Assembly (NCBI GenBank): GCA_002269645.1
Contig: NIVC01001145.1
Location: 260,651-324,650 of the forward strand
Source: Macrostomum lignano
Taxonomy: Eukaryota
DNA: 64,000 nt
Reading direction: 5' to 3'
The notes under the pieces were generated by a model that saw nothing but the letters and a program-made list of their open reading frames with translations, had not been told where the DNA came from and made no database searches. The position numbers were made by a program, and so were the translations under genes. This document shows, one piece after another, positions 25,990 through 38,280 of this stretch. Positions within the stretch are counted from its first letter, which is position 1; each line of letters starts with the position of its first letter.

Positions 25990-27159
25990 TCACTGGTCCA
26001 ACACTACAGCAGCATTGACGTTAGCAAAAGCGTTTGCTGTAGTCGCAGAGTCTTTGGCAAAAACGGCGGCCTCGAGGCTGTGCAGAAACCAATCGTCGTC
26101 ATCGTTATCATCTAATTCGTAATTGAAATTCCTTGCATTCTCAGTGTATAAGTTTACAGCGAAATCGTTGGAAATTATTGCGCTATTGTTGGGGGGAGCT
26201 GGCGGAGATTTGGGCTTCGATGCTGACGATGGCACCGGTGGCGCTGTTGAAGGAGCGGGCGAAACAGGCGGTGGCACTTGCGCCGGAGTTTCGCAAGCGG
26301 CCGCTATGGACGAGGCGACTGATTCGGCTGGCTGCAGCTTGGACTGTCCACGGCCTGATTGGGACCGCTGGCGACGGTGACGGAGGTAGCCAAGGAGGCC
26401 TGGCGTTGGCGCAAGAGGGATCGGCGAGAATTGAAGAGCAGGCTGATAATGGGGGTTTGGGGTGCCTAGCCAGGCTGATAATGGGGGTTTGGGGTGCCTA
26501 GCCAGGCTGATAATGGGGGTTTGGGGTGCCTAGCCAGGCTGATAATGGGGGTTTGGGGTGCCTAGCCAGGCTGATAATGGGGGTTTGGGGTGCCTAGCCA
26601 GGCTGATAATGGGGGTTTGGGGTGCCTAGCCAGGCTGATAATGAGTGGTTGGGGTGCCTAGCCAGGCTGATAATGAGTGGTTGGGGTGCCTCGCCAGGCT
26701 GATAATGGGGGTTGGGGTGCCTCACCAGGCTGATAATGGGGGGGTTGGGAGTGTCTCGCCAGGCTGATAATGGGGGTTGGGGTGCCTCGCCAGGCTGATA
26801 ATGGGTGGGAGTGACTGGTAATATGGGAGTGAGGTTGGCCAGTCAGGCTGATAATGGGGGAGAGGGTTTGGCTAGCCAGGCTGATTGTTGGCTGATAATG
26901 GGGGTTGAGTTGGCCATTGGCCAGCCAGGCTGATAATGGGGAAGGGAGTTTAAGTAGCCAGTTAAGCTGACAAAAGGACACTTAAAGAGGTAGCCAAGCT
27001 GATAATAGGGCCTAGAAGTCATTAAGGCTAAGATAGAAACATTAATGATTATATTATAATAAGCAAAATATTAAAAAAAACATACCAGAAAGGCATGCAA
27101 TACCAACAATTCCAGAACCAATTGTGACCCAGATCCAAATACTGATGTAGCCAGCTGAG
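25990..27159 (-). CDS. Partial gene: putative single-pass membrane protein with Pro/Ala-rich cytoplasmic tail
   Basis: Exon 27159 (or 27154)-27086 ends TCTG|GTATGT and exon 26399-25990 starts CCAG|GC, which is phase-compatible. The join gives YISIWIWVTIGSGIVGIACLSGLLGYL-RHRRQRSQS..., a hydrophobic helix followed by a basic cluster. Upstream exons were not found and there is no recognisable homology. Confidence 0.5.
26440..27005. repeat. 32-bp minisatellite (CCAGGCTGATAATGGGGGTTTGGGGTGCCTAG), intronic
   Basis: Directly visible; fills intron 26400-27085. Confidence 0.93.
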
Positions 27160-30049
27160 CTATGTAGCAAACTATTATTATTATTGTAATGCATTAGAAA
27201 TTTGATATTATTTATAGTGCAATTGCTTTGTATTGCTAATATTTTCATGTGCTGCTTGCTCTTCTTGATTGCTTATAGAACTTTGTTCTTAATTGATGAA
27301 TATGAAATCAGATAGTGCAAGCTCAATAAAGTAAGCCATGCAATTTTTCATTATTATAGTATATTACTTTAGCCTGAAAAATAAGGTGGTAGATACTAAT
27401 GCTTATTAAAAATTGGATAGAACAATATTATTTTATGCATTTTATACTCTAGTCAAAGTCAACTAGTTTTAATCAATATATATCAAATTTCAATTTTGGC
27501 TTTCTTAGATATATTTATTATTATGCAATAAGCTTAATATTGCATATATTTACAAAGACAATAATAGGCCCATATCTTCAACTTTATAATTATACAATTT
27601 AGCCAAATTCAAAGAAATTTTATCATTTAATTACTAGGCCTATGTAATGTTCTAACGCCTAGATTATGCCTCACATAATCAATTTTTAAAGGACATAAAA
27701 ATTTTAGCTATGAAGACAAATAGCAAAATCATATATTCCATATAATAGATTTTTTATAATAATGTAGTATGTAGTATGTAGTATACATAGGGTATATTAT
27801 GACATTGATTGCTATTCACTTCATTTTAAAAACATGTAAAATATTTTATAATCATTGAGTTGAGATACTTTTAGTTTTAGGTATATCAAACTAGAAAAGC
27901 ATACCTAACTTAATTTTGATTTTCAGTCACAATATTGTGTTATACTGTACTTATACTTATAGATGTTGCTTTTGTACAATATTACAATATAATAATAAAT
28001 ACTATAGACGTTACTAAGGAATGAAAAAATGTTTATTTAAAGTAAGTGAAAGGTAAATGGAACATGATAATTGAATTTGTTTGTAATGAGCTATAATATC
28101 AAGAATAGAAATGTTAATCAAGATATCAACATCAAGCAATGCCTAAAAACAATGAGGATTAAGGTGCTAATAAATTAAAAGGTAATTATATGTGAAATGT
28201 TTTAGCCAACAGTAACGAATTGCTATTATTACCCAGCTTTACCCTACAACAAATCAGGCTCAATTATTTTCTAAACTAGTGTGATTATTTCCGTCTCGAT
28301 TCACAGAATTCACAAGAATTAAAAATTCGCCACGATAAAAGCGGTGTTTACTCGTTGAATGTAAAACAAATAATAGCTCGTAAGCGTTTTCAGAAATCGC
28401 TGCCAGTGGCTGAATTATAACTCTATAGATAAGTGATTACTATAATGCCGTTTTTGGCGTAGGATTCTCTTTACAAGGAGTTAACTGTCTGATGAGTGAC
28501 TTCGTCGAGATTCGTTCTTGAGAATCATCTACTTTTTTAATACTTAGTTAAAGTAAATCGCCCTCACCTCCTAGTCTAAACGTCTTATGACGTCTACGGC
28601 AATTTTTCCAGCATATACTGACTTCTCGTCGCCGTTTTCGTTTTCACTTTTGATTGGCTAATTAGCCAATGACTTGAAAACTACTTGTTGTCTCACTAAT
28701 CCAAGTAAAACGCGGTTCGACTACAGTATTTTAGTCCCCGGGGGAGTAACATTTCAACCTTATATTACTGTATGCAAGCTTTGTAAAGCTTTTTTCTCTA
28801 CTCTGAAATAAATTACTCAAAAATATCAACAATAGCAGGTTTACTGATAGTAGCGGGGGCGTATAAAGAATTTTTTATAGGGGGATATCCAGCACATCTT
28901 GGTGAGGGCAGCGGCGCCGTCACCAGGGAGGGACAGGGGGACATGTCCGGTCCCAATCTCCCCCACCCCACCTATGTGACCAGTTGCTAAAATAAAAAAT
29001 TTTGCTTTAGGGCGCAAAGATATAGCGCCTTGGGCGCCAAAAATAAATGCTTGCGGCGCCAAAATGAGTGCTTGCTTGCAGGAATCAAAATGTACTTGCA
29101 GGAATTTAGTAATGTACATGTAAAATTCTTGGCTTTTGTCCCCCATCCCACCAATCAGACGCTGCATTAAGGTCAATCCTGCCGCATAGCTCAAAGATTT
29201 TTTCTGAAGACTTGCCGGCCTGTCATAACAGGAACGCATGAGAGAGAGGACTGTATACACGGTGTAAATGTCGTGTATTTACGCTGAATTTATGCGGCCA
29301 CTAATCATTTGGACATGCATGGCTTCTATAGTTTTAATTAATACAAAAAGAGCTAACCAAAGTGATTTAGTTATTGCCTAATATAATGCACAAAATACCT
29401 GTCATTGGCGTCAAGACTAATTCATGCTCTTTCCGTAAACACAATCGCTGAACACACCTTAATTGCACGCATTTATGCCGTTGTCACATTGCAGTCGCAA
29501 AAGTGTTCCAATATATGTGACAATTTTAAGTGAAGAATTTTTGTTAAAATTGCATTGCGCCTGTCTCTAATAGGCTGCACACAGCACCACGTCAAGGTAT
29601 ACAGCAGCACTCTGTTCCGTTGCAGCGTGCCTACATGTATTTAGTCTTCAGCCTCTCAGCTACTGCCAAACCTCTACCCCTCAGTTTAGCTATATACTTC
29701 GTTAGTATTAGAAAAGTCGAGCAGTTTAACCGACTATTTTAGAGAGTTTCTCCGCAAAATCTTCTACTTACATGTAATATAATTTTCTAATACTTTCAGA
29801 TAGGCTCACTTCCCGTGCTTATATTACTATTTTGTAGGTCTGAACATTTATTCAGATACCTGTATTTAATACTCTGCACTGTATTCTCCCCGATTCTGTA
29901 CTGTATATCAGTGGCTATTAGGCTTCACCTGGTTTAACGACCGGTATCTATACCTAGCCATATCTTCAAGCCTGGTGCTGCAGAGAATGTTTGGTAAGAA
30001 GAATATTTTTACACTTTTCTCTTTTTATGACTATACGATCGTCATTAGT

Positions 30050-30235
30050 TATAGGGCCACATAAAGAAAAGAAAACAGAGGTGAGATGAGATAAGATAAG
30101 ATTAGAGGCGAGAAAAGAGAGAAGATAGAAGAGAGGAGAGAAGAGAGCTAGGAGAAGAGACAAAACCCTGAGTGGGTCCGGTTTGCTATCGTGAAGCTTC
30201 AAAGGACCCGAGTTCTTGGAGTTTGCCAACCCTTG
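30050..30235 (-). mobile_element. Truncated reverse copy of the hAT-Charlie-type MITE at 62372-62705
   Basis: Ends in AGTTTGCCAACCCTTG (TIR variant) and shares CGGGTCCTTTGAA, the CT-rich body and the GGGCC..ATAAAG motif. The second TIR was not found. Confidence 0.65.
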
Positions 30236-30530
30236 CTGAACTGTACTTGTCCTAAAAGTCTCTCCTCATTCCCCGAGAATTTCTGTCAGTTTTGTGTACT
30301 TAATATTTTGTCCTATGGATTAATGCTGATCTATCTAAACGAAGGAACTCTCAAGTTCGGTAAACGTGTGCGTTTACAATCCAGACATCGAAGGCATGCT
30401 ATACAGTACTTCTAGCCTTCTTATAAATGCAATTTTTCAAGCCATCTTGTTTGAACAATAAGCTATGGTTACAAATGCTGTTCATTTTCCCAAATGAAAG
30501 GAAAAGTAAGATCAAGCTAACTGCTTTCAG

Positions 30531-33500
30531 GGCGAAGGACAAGCAACAGCAGCACTGGCAGCGTCGGCGGCGGCGGCAGCAACTCGGATCTGTCGAGCAA
30601 AAAGTGCTCCAACTGTGATCTGCTTGAGAAGCAGAGCCAGCGACTTCAACAGACTATTCGCGCGTGTAAGTTCAATTAGCTGATTTTCGGTGCTAGAGCA
30701 ATTGGGTCCATATGAAATTTTGCTAGACAGTAACTTCTGACCCGAATTTGCTAGCCGGATGTGTCTGCTAACCGGATGTGTCTGCTAACCGGATGTGTCT
30801 GCTAACCGGATGTGTCTGCTAACCGGATGTGTCTGCTAACCGGATGTGTCTGCTAACCGGATGTGTCTGCTAACCGGATGTATTTCCAGTCGGATGTGTT
30901 TCCAGTCGGATGTGTTTCCAGTCGGATGTGTTTCCAGTCGGATGTGTTTCCAGTCGGATGTGTCTGCTAACCGGATGTGTTTCCAGTCGGATATGTTTCC
31001 CGTCAGATGTTTTTCCAGTCGGATGTGTTTCCAGTCGGATGTGTTTCCAGTCGGATGTGTTTCCAGTTGGATGTTTTTCCAGTTGGATGTGTTTCCAGTC
31101 GGATGTTTTTCCAGTCGAATGTGTCTGCTAACCGGATGTGTTTCCAGCCGGATGTGTTTCCAGTTGGGTGTGCTTGCTAGCAATCTGGGGTTTAGACTAC
31201 AAGTTAATTTAAGTATTGGACACAAAAACACGACACTTCAGCGTTTGAAAAGTCTAGCGAGGACTCGAGAGCCAATAAAGATGAGGTGAGTTCTCACATT
31301 TAATTTTTGTTTTTTCGCCATGAATTCGGAGATTTCCAAAAGTTTAATATTTTAATGCTACAATGATTTCATTTGACTACCACACACACTTTAGATTGAA
31401 AAGCTGAAGGCGGAACTGAGAGCTACTCAGGATGAGCTGCATCTTATAAAGCTGGGTGAGCGCAGTACCGCATTTACTTCTATAGTACATGCACTTCGGA
31501 CCACTGTGAACTATGGACTTCACTAAATACGATGTATAATCATGCTGCAAAGTTGAATAACCTAATGTTAAAAATGTCACTGAGAATGCAGTCTGCAACG
31601 CGAGTTCACTAATAGTTTACTGAGTTCACTGCGAGCATACAGTCAATTCGTCAGAAAAGTTACTGGCGACACACTGCGAAGGCGGCTTCGATACATCTTT
31701 TTGTGACATGAGTGACTCCTTGAGTGTATATAAGCCACGCAGTTTTGGTACAACTCGGGGTTGGGCTAAACATGCGTCTTTAGCGACGCTAGACATGGTA
31801 GCTCCAGTACAAGTAGCTCATTATTCATTAGAAATCCACCGGAGTTTTAACTGGGTAGCCCGGGGGGGGGGGTGATGTGTCTGACTCTCCGTCGTCTGAA
31901 CATTAATTTGGGGCTCGTGCACGGATATCGACCTGAACTGTGGCCTTTTCGTACGATTTACGTCTGCAAATTGTGCCTGAAGATGAGAAAGTGAGGGGCC
32001 GCTGTCCCCGCGTGAACGTGTGCCTGCTTGTGTATCTGTGTTTGAGTTTCCATGCTCATCAGGAGTCAGTGCGGAATGGGCATTACTACTTGACTCCTCG
32101 CTGACTGCAGTCTGTTGTAGCCTTGATTTTAAGCAATGCTCAAAAAACCCTCTGTGGAGGTAATAAGTAAGCGCATCATTTTTACATTACGTTTGAATTC
32201 ACAGAGCGACAGCAGCTGATGGAGCACGCTGAGAGGCTGGAGAAGCAGCTGGAATGGAGCCTCATCTATCATCAAGCAGCAGAGAGCGCCTGCGCCGATC
32301 TCGCCATTGAAGCCCGTCGGGTGAAAACTCGAAGTTGCGCCGTTTTAGGCCACCTCATGCTGCAGGGCGTTAGCGAGAGCGCCGATGACGATGGAGGCAG
32401 CGTCGTTGGCAGAACCGGCGGAGAAAGACGCAATCTCACAGACAGTTTCTGCTGTTCCAGCGTTGTTGACGCCATCGAAGAGCTAATCCAGGACACCGAG
32501 TCTTCGTCGTCTGACTCGGAAGATTGGTCAATGGACCAGGCAGCTGGTAGTGAGCAGTTGGCGCAGGATGACGCACAGGATGCGCTGCGGAAGGCCAGGC
32601 AAGATCTGGAGCTCCGCAGACCGGAGAGGTTGCAAGCACTGCGACGATTGACCATGCTGATGCAGGAGCACGACGCGGATTTTAAAGTGGCTCGAAAGGA
32701 GCAGCCTGAATATTCGCGAAAAGCTATTGAGCTGTCTCAAGAACAGGAAAAACAGTTCGGACATCCTGTTGAGCCATTAGAGCAGAAGCAGCAGGCGAAA
32801 GAACAAAATGAACAACTTCGAGAAGCTATTGAGCCAAGTCGACAGCTGATTGGACAAGCTCGAAATCTTAAAAAGTCTCGAGAACTCATCAGGCAACCCG
32901 GAGAGCTCATTGATCAACCTGGAGAACGAAATGATCAACCAAGAGAACAGGATGAGCAACCTCGAGAACAGGATGAGCAACCTCGAGAACAGGATGAGCA
33001 ACCTCGAGAACAGGATGAGCAACCTCGAGAACAGGATGAGCAACCTCGAGAACAGGATGAGCAACCTCGAGAACAGGATGAGCAACCTCGAGAACAGGAT
33101 GAGCAACCTCGAGAACAGGATGAGCAACCTGGAGAACAGGATGAGCAACCTCAAGATCAGGTTGGGAAATCTCAAGAACAGGATGAGAACCTTCGAGAAC
33201 AGGTTGAGAAACCTCGAGAAACGGATATTCGGCGTCCAGAACAAGATCAACAACCCCAGGAACAGGGTGAGAAACCCTATCAACAAGACGAACAGCACAA
33301 CGAACAGGATGAGCAAACTCATAAATCTCAAGAGAACGAACAGATTATTGAACCGCAAGAACCGACAAAACGTGCCCAAGAAGAACACGAAAAAGAGGAG
33401 CCAAACCTTCTGGACTTGGTAAAAGTGTTGCAGCCTTTTCAGTACATGCATATTGTGTCCATCAGCGTTCGTATACAATCAATAACCCACGAAAGTCATC

Positions 33501-34781
33501 GTTTTTTTCTTCAGAAAGTAAACAAGCCCGCAGGCCTAGTAGAAGCCATGCTAGAACGGGTGAGGCAGTCCCTGACGCAGCAGCAGCAAAACCAGCAACA
33601 GTCAGATGGCACTGAAACTGAAATATCAAGAAACTGCGATTGCTGCAAAAGCCTATTGAACTCTTTGCTTTCGGATCTGTTGCAATTAAGGAGTTGTAAG
33701 TTAATCGGCTGATTAAGAATCAGTTTCCAATCTGATTTATGAATTTAATGTATGCAGGAAAGATCTATAAAATTAGCTGCAGTTTGCTGTCATGAGGCTT
33801 GATTTTTTTATTTACACCTCATAAATAATAGTGGCCGTCATGGTGTAATGCACCGTCGGCAACTCCAGCATCCGTACCGAGTTTTATTGTCCACAGCGCA
33901 CATGAGATCCCTTCAGTAACGTACTTTGTTGTTTGTAACATCCGTTACAATTCGTACTTTTCACAGACATCTGCCGACATCGACAACAACTACTGGAGCT
34001 TCAGGAGCAAATTCAAGCTCTGAAAACGCGACCTCCGCCGCCTCCGCCACCACCGCCGCCACCGCCACCACCGCCGCCGCCGCCAGCGCCTGTGCTTCGG
34101 CGACCAATAAACTCTATCAAGAGAATGGCAGGAGCTCAGCAGACAGGTATTTTCGAAAATTGTACAGTTTGAAGTCAGTTAAGTCGAATTTCACTGTGTA
34201 ACAAAAGCACTGGATAAAAATCTGACAACAATACCCGAATCCATGACATCTGACACCTGAATATCTTGACATCTTTAACTCCATCAGAGGGGGGGTTGTT
34301 TCAAGGGGTTCCAACTTAAGAAGCTCGAAGTTAGGACAGGCAATTCTGGCTATGGGAGTTCTATCCCCCTTCTTCTCCAAAGGAGGAGTTGGCCTCGTCT
34401 GTATGGCCTTAATGTCGTAAGACCAAACTTAGCTTTATAAAACACCCCTCAGCCGGCGGTAACCCGACGAACTTTGACACGGCTCTCGTCGACAGTTTGA
34501 AATCGGAGCTGAAGGCTGCGCTGAAAGGCCGCGGTCGGATCCTCCGACCAGTGCAGGACGCCAACCCGACAGGGGAGAAGAAGGAGCCAGAGGGCATGCA
34601 GTTCGCGCTGCGACACCGAGGCAGCAGCGGTGGCAGCGGCCGCGGCGGAAGTCACGATGCCGGATCCGGCGTGACGGATCCGCAGCTGCAGAAGCGACTG
34701 GAGAGAATTAGAAGGCGACTGTCCACTTACATGCCGGCAGTTGGCGAGCTCAAGGAGGTGGATGAACCCCAACAGTTCTAA
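30531..34781 (+). CDS. Shootin-1-like coiled-coil/polyproline actin regulator, multi-exon, first exon uncertain
   Basis: Phase-consistent exons: 30531-30665, 31242-31285, 31395-31455, 32205-33418, 33515-33695, 33967-34146, 34453-34781 (TAA). LEKQLEWSLIYHQAAESACADLAIEARRVKTRS resembles the Shootin-1 N-terminal coil (comparison from memory). It is followed by a 17-Pro run, a WH2-like LKAALKGRGRILRPV and a C-terminal LQKRLERIRRRL. A candidate first exon near 30326-30358 ends TTCG|GTAAAC. Confidence 0.6.
30755..31165. repeat. 17-bp (GGATGTGTCTGCTAACC) and 16-bp (GGATGTGTTTCCAGTC) interleaved minisatellite, intronic
   Basis: Directly visible; inside intron 30666-31241. Confidence 0.93.
31885..32095 (+). 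mobile_element. Diverged fragment related to the body of the SINE at 53955-54319
   Basis: Shares CATTAATTTGGGGCT, GGGCCGCTGT and CAGG..AGTC..GCGGAATGGGCA in the same order. Confidence 0.55.
32942..33151 (+). repeat. Exonic 21-bp repeat (REQDEQP) x10
   Basis: Nine near-perfect units plus one variant, inside exon 32205-33418. Confidence 0.93.
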
Positions 34782-37057
34782 TCAGTCAAATATGGCTCTA
34801 CATAGGACTTTTTAATTTCTTATTTTTACCTAATTGTTGCTTATCTTTTCACGAAATTATTCTTCAACTTGAAATTCTGTGATTCTACTTATACCGAAAG
34901 CCTGGTTATATTCTACTGTTCGATTATTTTGTATTCATACAATACTTTTCAGCTTAATTTTATTGCAACAATAACTTGCATACCATTTTACTTGAACTTT
35001 TTCTAAAACTAATTCGTTGGTAAGCGGAGCGCTACTATTACAATCATACAACCGGAGATTCCAATAGTTAATCAGCTAGATGTAAATTTAAAATTAACCA
35101 AGATATACGATCGACCCACCTTGTTAATTCGAACTAAAAAAGGTTTCTAAAATCCATTACAATAGCGGAATTTACGGTGTAGAAGCAGACGACACTTTAT
35201 GCTTTGATAAAGTTGTAAGGATATTTCCCTATTTCCTCAAAGAACTGTCTCTAACTGATTTGCTTTGAATTCTTTTTCAATTTTTCCCTGATATATCGGA
35301 CAAAAAAGCAGACGGGGATTTGTGTTATTCGCTGATTGCCAGAGGTCTACCAAATTTGCAGGTGACTTACCCAGATGGGGCAGTAGTAATTATAAATATT
35401 AACTTCAAAGTAACTTTCAATTTACGGCACCGATGGTGTCAATAATGGCACCAGACACAGGTACATGTACTAAGGAACAATAGTGTTGTTTAGTAGTCCT
35501 TGACATAAAAATGCCACGACAGGCAGACATCTACATGTAGCTAATTAATCGCCGTACGCTAATTCTACTGTTATGCGTCGCCAGGTTCGATGATCCTTCT
35601 ATTCAGCAGCTCAGGGCGTCTACCTTGCTTTACTCAAGGTTACGAGTTTCGCTTTCGTGCACGCAAGAGGCTGTTGCTGTACATGTAGCAATAAAAAACA
35701 AATATAAACCTTTTCCAAGATTGTCAAGACATGTATGTAGAAGTTACATGTACCGTTGTATCAGGTCCTTGACCTTTTCCTATAGGTTTGACGCAAGATT
35801 TAAGCATTTCTAGCAGGCTAAACCGACTTCGCTAGTGAGCGTCAACAGACTTTTACCCGGCCCCGGTTCGCCAGCGTGTTAATTATAGTATAGTCAGCAT
35901 GGTCAACAAATTTGCAATTTGTAAAATAATTCTAGGTTAGTTTAAAATATCGCGTTCACATTTTGCGGTAGTGAACAAACAAATCATGTGACAATATTTG
36001 CTGTAGAGAATTTTATTGCTATAAAAATAAACCATTCATGATTTTATTTAATTTAAAAATTTTTTTTGCAGTTTTAATCAATAAAGTTAGATTTCACATA
36101 ATACTTTTGAATTTACAGCTTTCGAATAAAATCAAATCCTAATCTCGAGTCTCTCGACGCATTGAGGCTTTTCATATTACCAATTCCAGAATCAGAATCG
36201 GTTCGGATCTTCCAAGAAAAACAGCAGTATAACTATTTAATTCTGTTGAATGTTTGACTGCCTCAACAACCTCACTTAGCACAATTTTTCACTCTCTTTT
36301 TTTTGCGATTGTCATTCAATAATAAAAACTTTATAGCACGTATCTCCCTCTAGTTATGGAGACAAAAAGTTATACTTCACAAATTGGTTCTGGTTCTGGA
36401 ACCAGAACGAGCAATATCAAAAGGCCCATTGACGACGAAAAATATGTTTCTATGTCATCATTACTCATCAATCATCAGATTTAGATCACAGGGACAGGTC
36501 TACTAAAGGTCGAGGCTACATGAATTCAGAACTGTCTTTTGCTGATGCTAATATGTCTAAATTGTTTTGTCTATAATTTGATTTCATACATTTTACTAAT
36601 CTAAAGTAGACTTCATGAAGTATATTAGGTGAATTCACCTAATATACTTTTTAGACAATTGTCAAGTTTCATTCATTAAATTATTTTGACTCCAGGAAAT
36701 TAATCGGTTGACGGTCGTTTCGTCTGCCGCCAGTTCGTCTGCCACCCTTTCGTCTGCAAGAATACGATACAGTCGTTTCGTCTGCCAACGAATAGTAAAG
36801 TTTTAATAAGTGTAAATATGTCAGTTGTTGTCATTAATTTGAGATTTGAGATATTTAAGATAACAGTGATTAAGATATCGGATCATTTCTTAGTAGTAAT
36901 GACTTAAACGAGTAATTTCTGAATATTTTTGTTTATATATATTTAACTACGCAATTGAACGAATTCAATGCATTTTCGTCATGAAATGGCAGACGCCATA
37001 CTATCTCTTAACCGTCTCAAAGCTTCAAAGCTTAAAAGCAATCAGTCGAGTTGGAAT

Positions 37058-37897
37058 TGTGACGTTGTCAGTTTAAGGTGGTCCCGAAAAGGGCCGTTGG
37101 ACTGCTGTTCTCCATAGTCATTCAACCCTTCAGTTTCACCGTTTCAACTAAACTTTTCCATTCGTTTATTGCGACGTTTACTTGTAGTAGTGCCCAACGA
37201 TTTTGTGGCAATTTATAATTCATTGTATATTTTGCTATCCTCTCTCGCAACCGTATAAAATTGGCACGATCGATAATTTTAAGTTCTCTCGCCAGCCAAT
37301 GAAATCACTCGTGCTCGCGCTACCCCCCTCTGCGCTCTTTTATTAAACCCCCCGCCTGGCGGCGGGCACTCCTCACCCTTGTTTCCTCCGTCCTTATCTG
37401 TGCCTCTCTCTCTCCCTCCCTGTCTGTCCTTGGCCTTGTGTGTGTTTTGCGTTCCTGCCTGGCTGCCTCGAGCCTCCTTATTTCTCACCACGGCCCCTCT
37501 GCCTGGGCCAGCCTGCTCACACACTTACTTGACTGTTTCACGCCACGACCGACGCCAACTCGCCACTACGTTTCACTGCCTTCACGGTGCTCATAGCCAC
37601 TGCTCACGTCACGTCGCCATTGTGTCATTCGCCTGCCACTTGACTTCACATCCAAATTATATTCAACCCATTGCTGCAGCCGCCAGTGCCCAGAAAGCTA
37701 TAGCCTGTTTATTGCCAGTAACAACCAAACTTAATACTGATATTAATAATAAAGACAACTACGGCAGTTCCTGCCTTTATCGCCAAGTGCTCCGCTACAA
37801 AATCCGCTTTACAAGAATTGACTTCAACTTATTTTGGGACTAAAACGGCCCTTTTAAGGGTCACCGCATAGCTGGCCGCTACGCCAATAACGTGACA
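37058..37897 (+). repeat. 5' LTR
   Basis: TGTGACGTT...AACGTGACA imperfect terminal inverted repeat; AATAAA near 37748. Only two substitutions versus the 3' LTR were noticed by eye. Confidence 0.95.
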
Positions 37898-37903
37898 TAA
37901 TTT

Positions 37904-37920
37904 TGGAGGTCCCACCGAGA
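37904..37920 (+). promoter_or_regulatory. Primer-binding site complementary to the tRNA-Gln 3' end
   Basis: TGGAGGTCCCACCGAGA is the reverse complement of TCTCGGTGGGACCT-CCA, the conserved 3' end of metazoan tRNA-Gln. It lies 6 bp after the 5' LTR. Confidence 0.85.
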
Positions 37921-38280
37921 CTCCTACTCAGCACTGCCGGCTCGCAACTAAGTCAGCACCACCGAGACTCCTACTCAGCACTGCCGGCTCGCAACTAAGT
38001 CAGCACCACCGAGACTCCTACTCAGCACTGCCGGCTCGCAACTAAGTCAGCACCACCGAGACCAAACTCAGCACTGCCGGCTCGCAACTAAGTCAGCACC
38101 ACCGAGACTCCTACTCAGCACTGCCGGCTCGCAACTAAGTCAGCACCACCGAGACGCCTACTCAGCACTGCCAGCTCGTAATCAGCGCCATCAAGACTTC
38201 GTCTCAGTCCTGCCAGTTTGCAACCAAGGACCAGCCACCAGCGAGACTTCTGCTCAGCTCTGCCGGCTCGTGACTGAGCA
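37912..38280 (+). repeat. 47-bp tandem array in the element leader (6 near-identical plus 2 degenerate units)
   Basis: Unit CCACCGAGACTCCTACTCAGCACTGCCGGCTCGCAACTAAGTCAGCA starts at about 37912, 37959, 38006, 38053, 38099 and 38146. Confidence 0.93.

Noticed and set aside
28909-29164. hAT-like MITE (CAGCGGCG...CGCTG)
   Set aside because: TIRs are very short and degenerate, and the flanking 8-mers do not match.
32046-32062. Hammerhead-like core CTGATGAG-CATG-GAAAC on the minus strand (and CTGATGAG at 28489)
   Set aside because: Stem II cannot pair, and no stem I/III or cleavage triplet could be built. The 28489 site has GAGA rather than GAAA.
37912-38280. CRISPR-like appearance of regularly spaced repeats (also the 47-, 50- and 78-bp arrays)
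   Set aside because: Units are head-to-tail with no unique spacers, there are no cas genes, and the context is eukaryotic.
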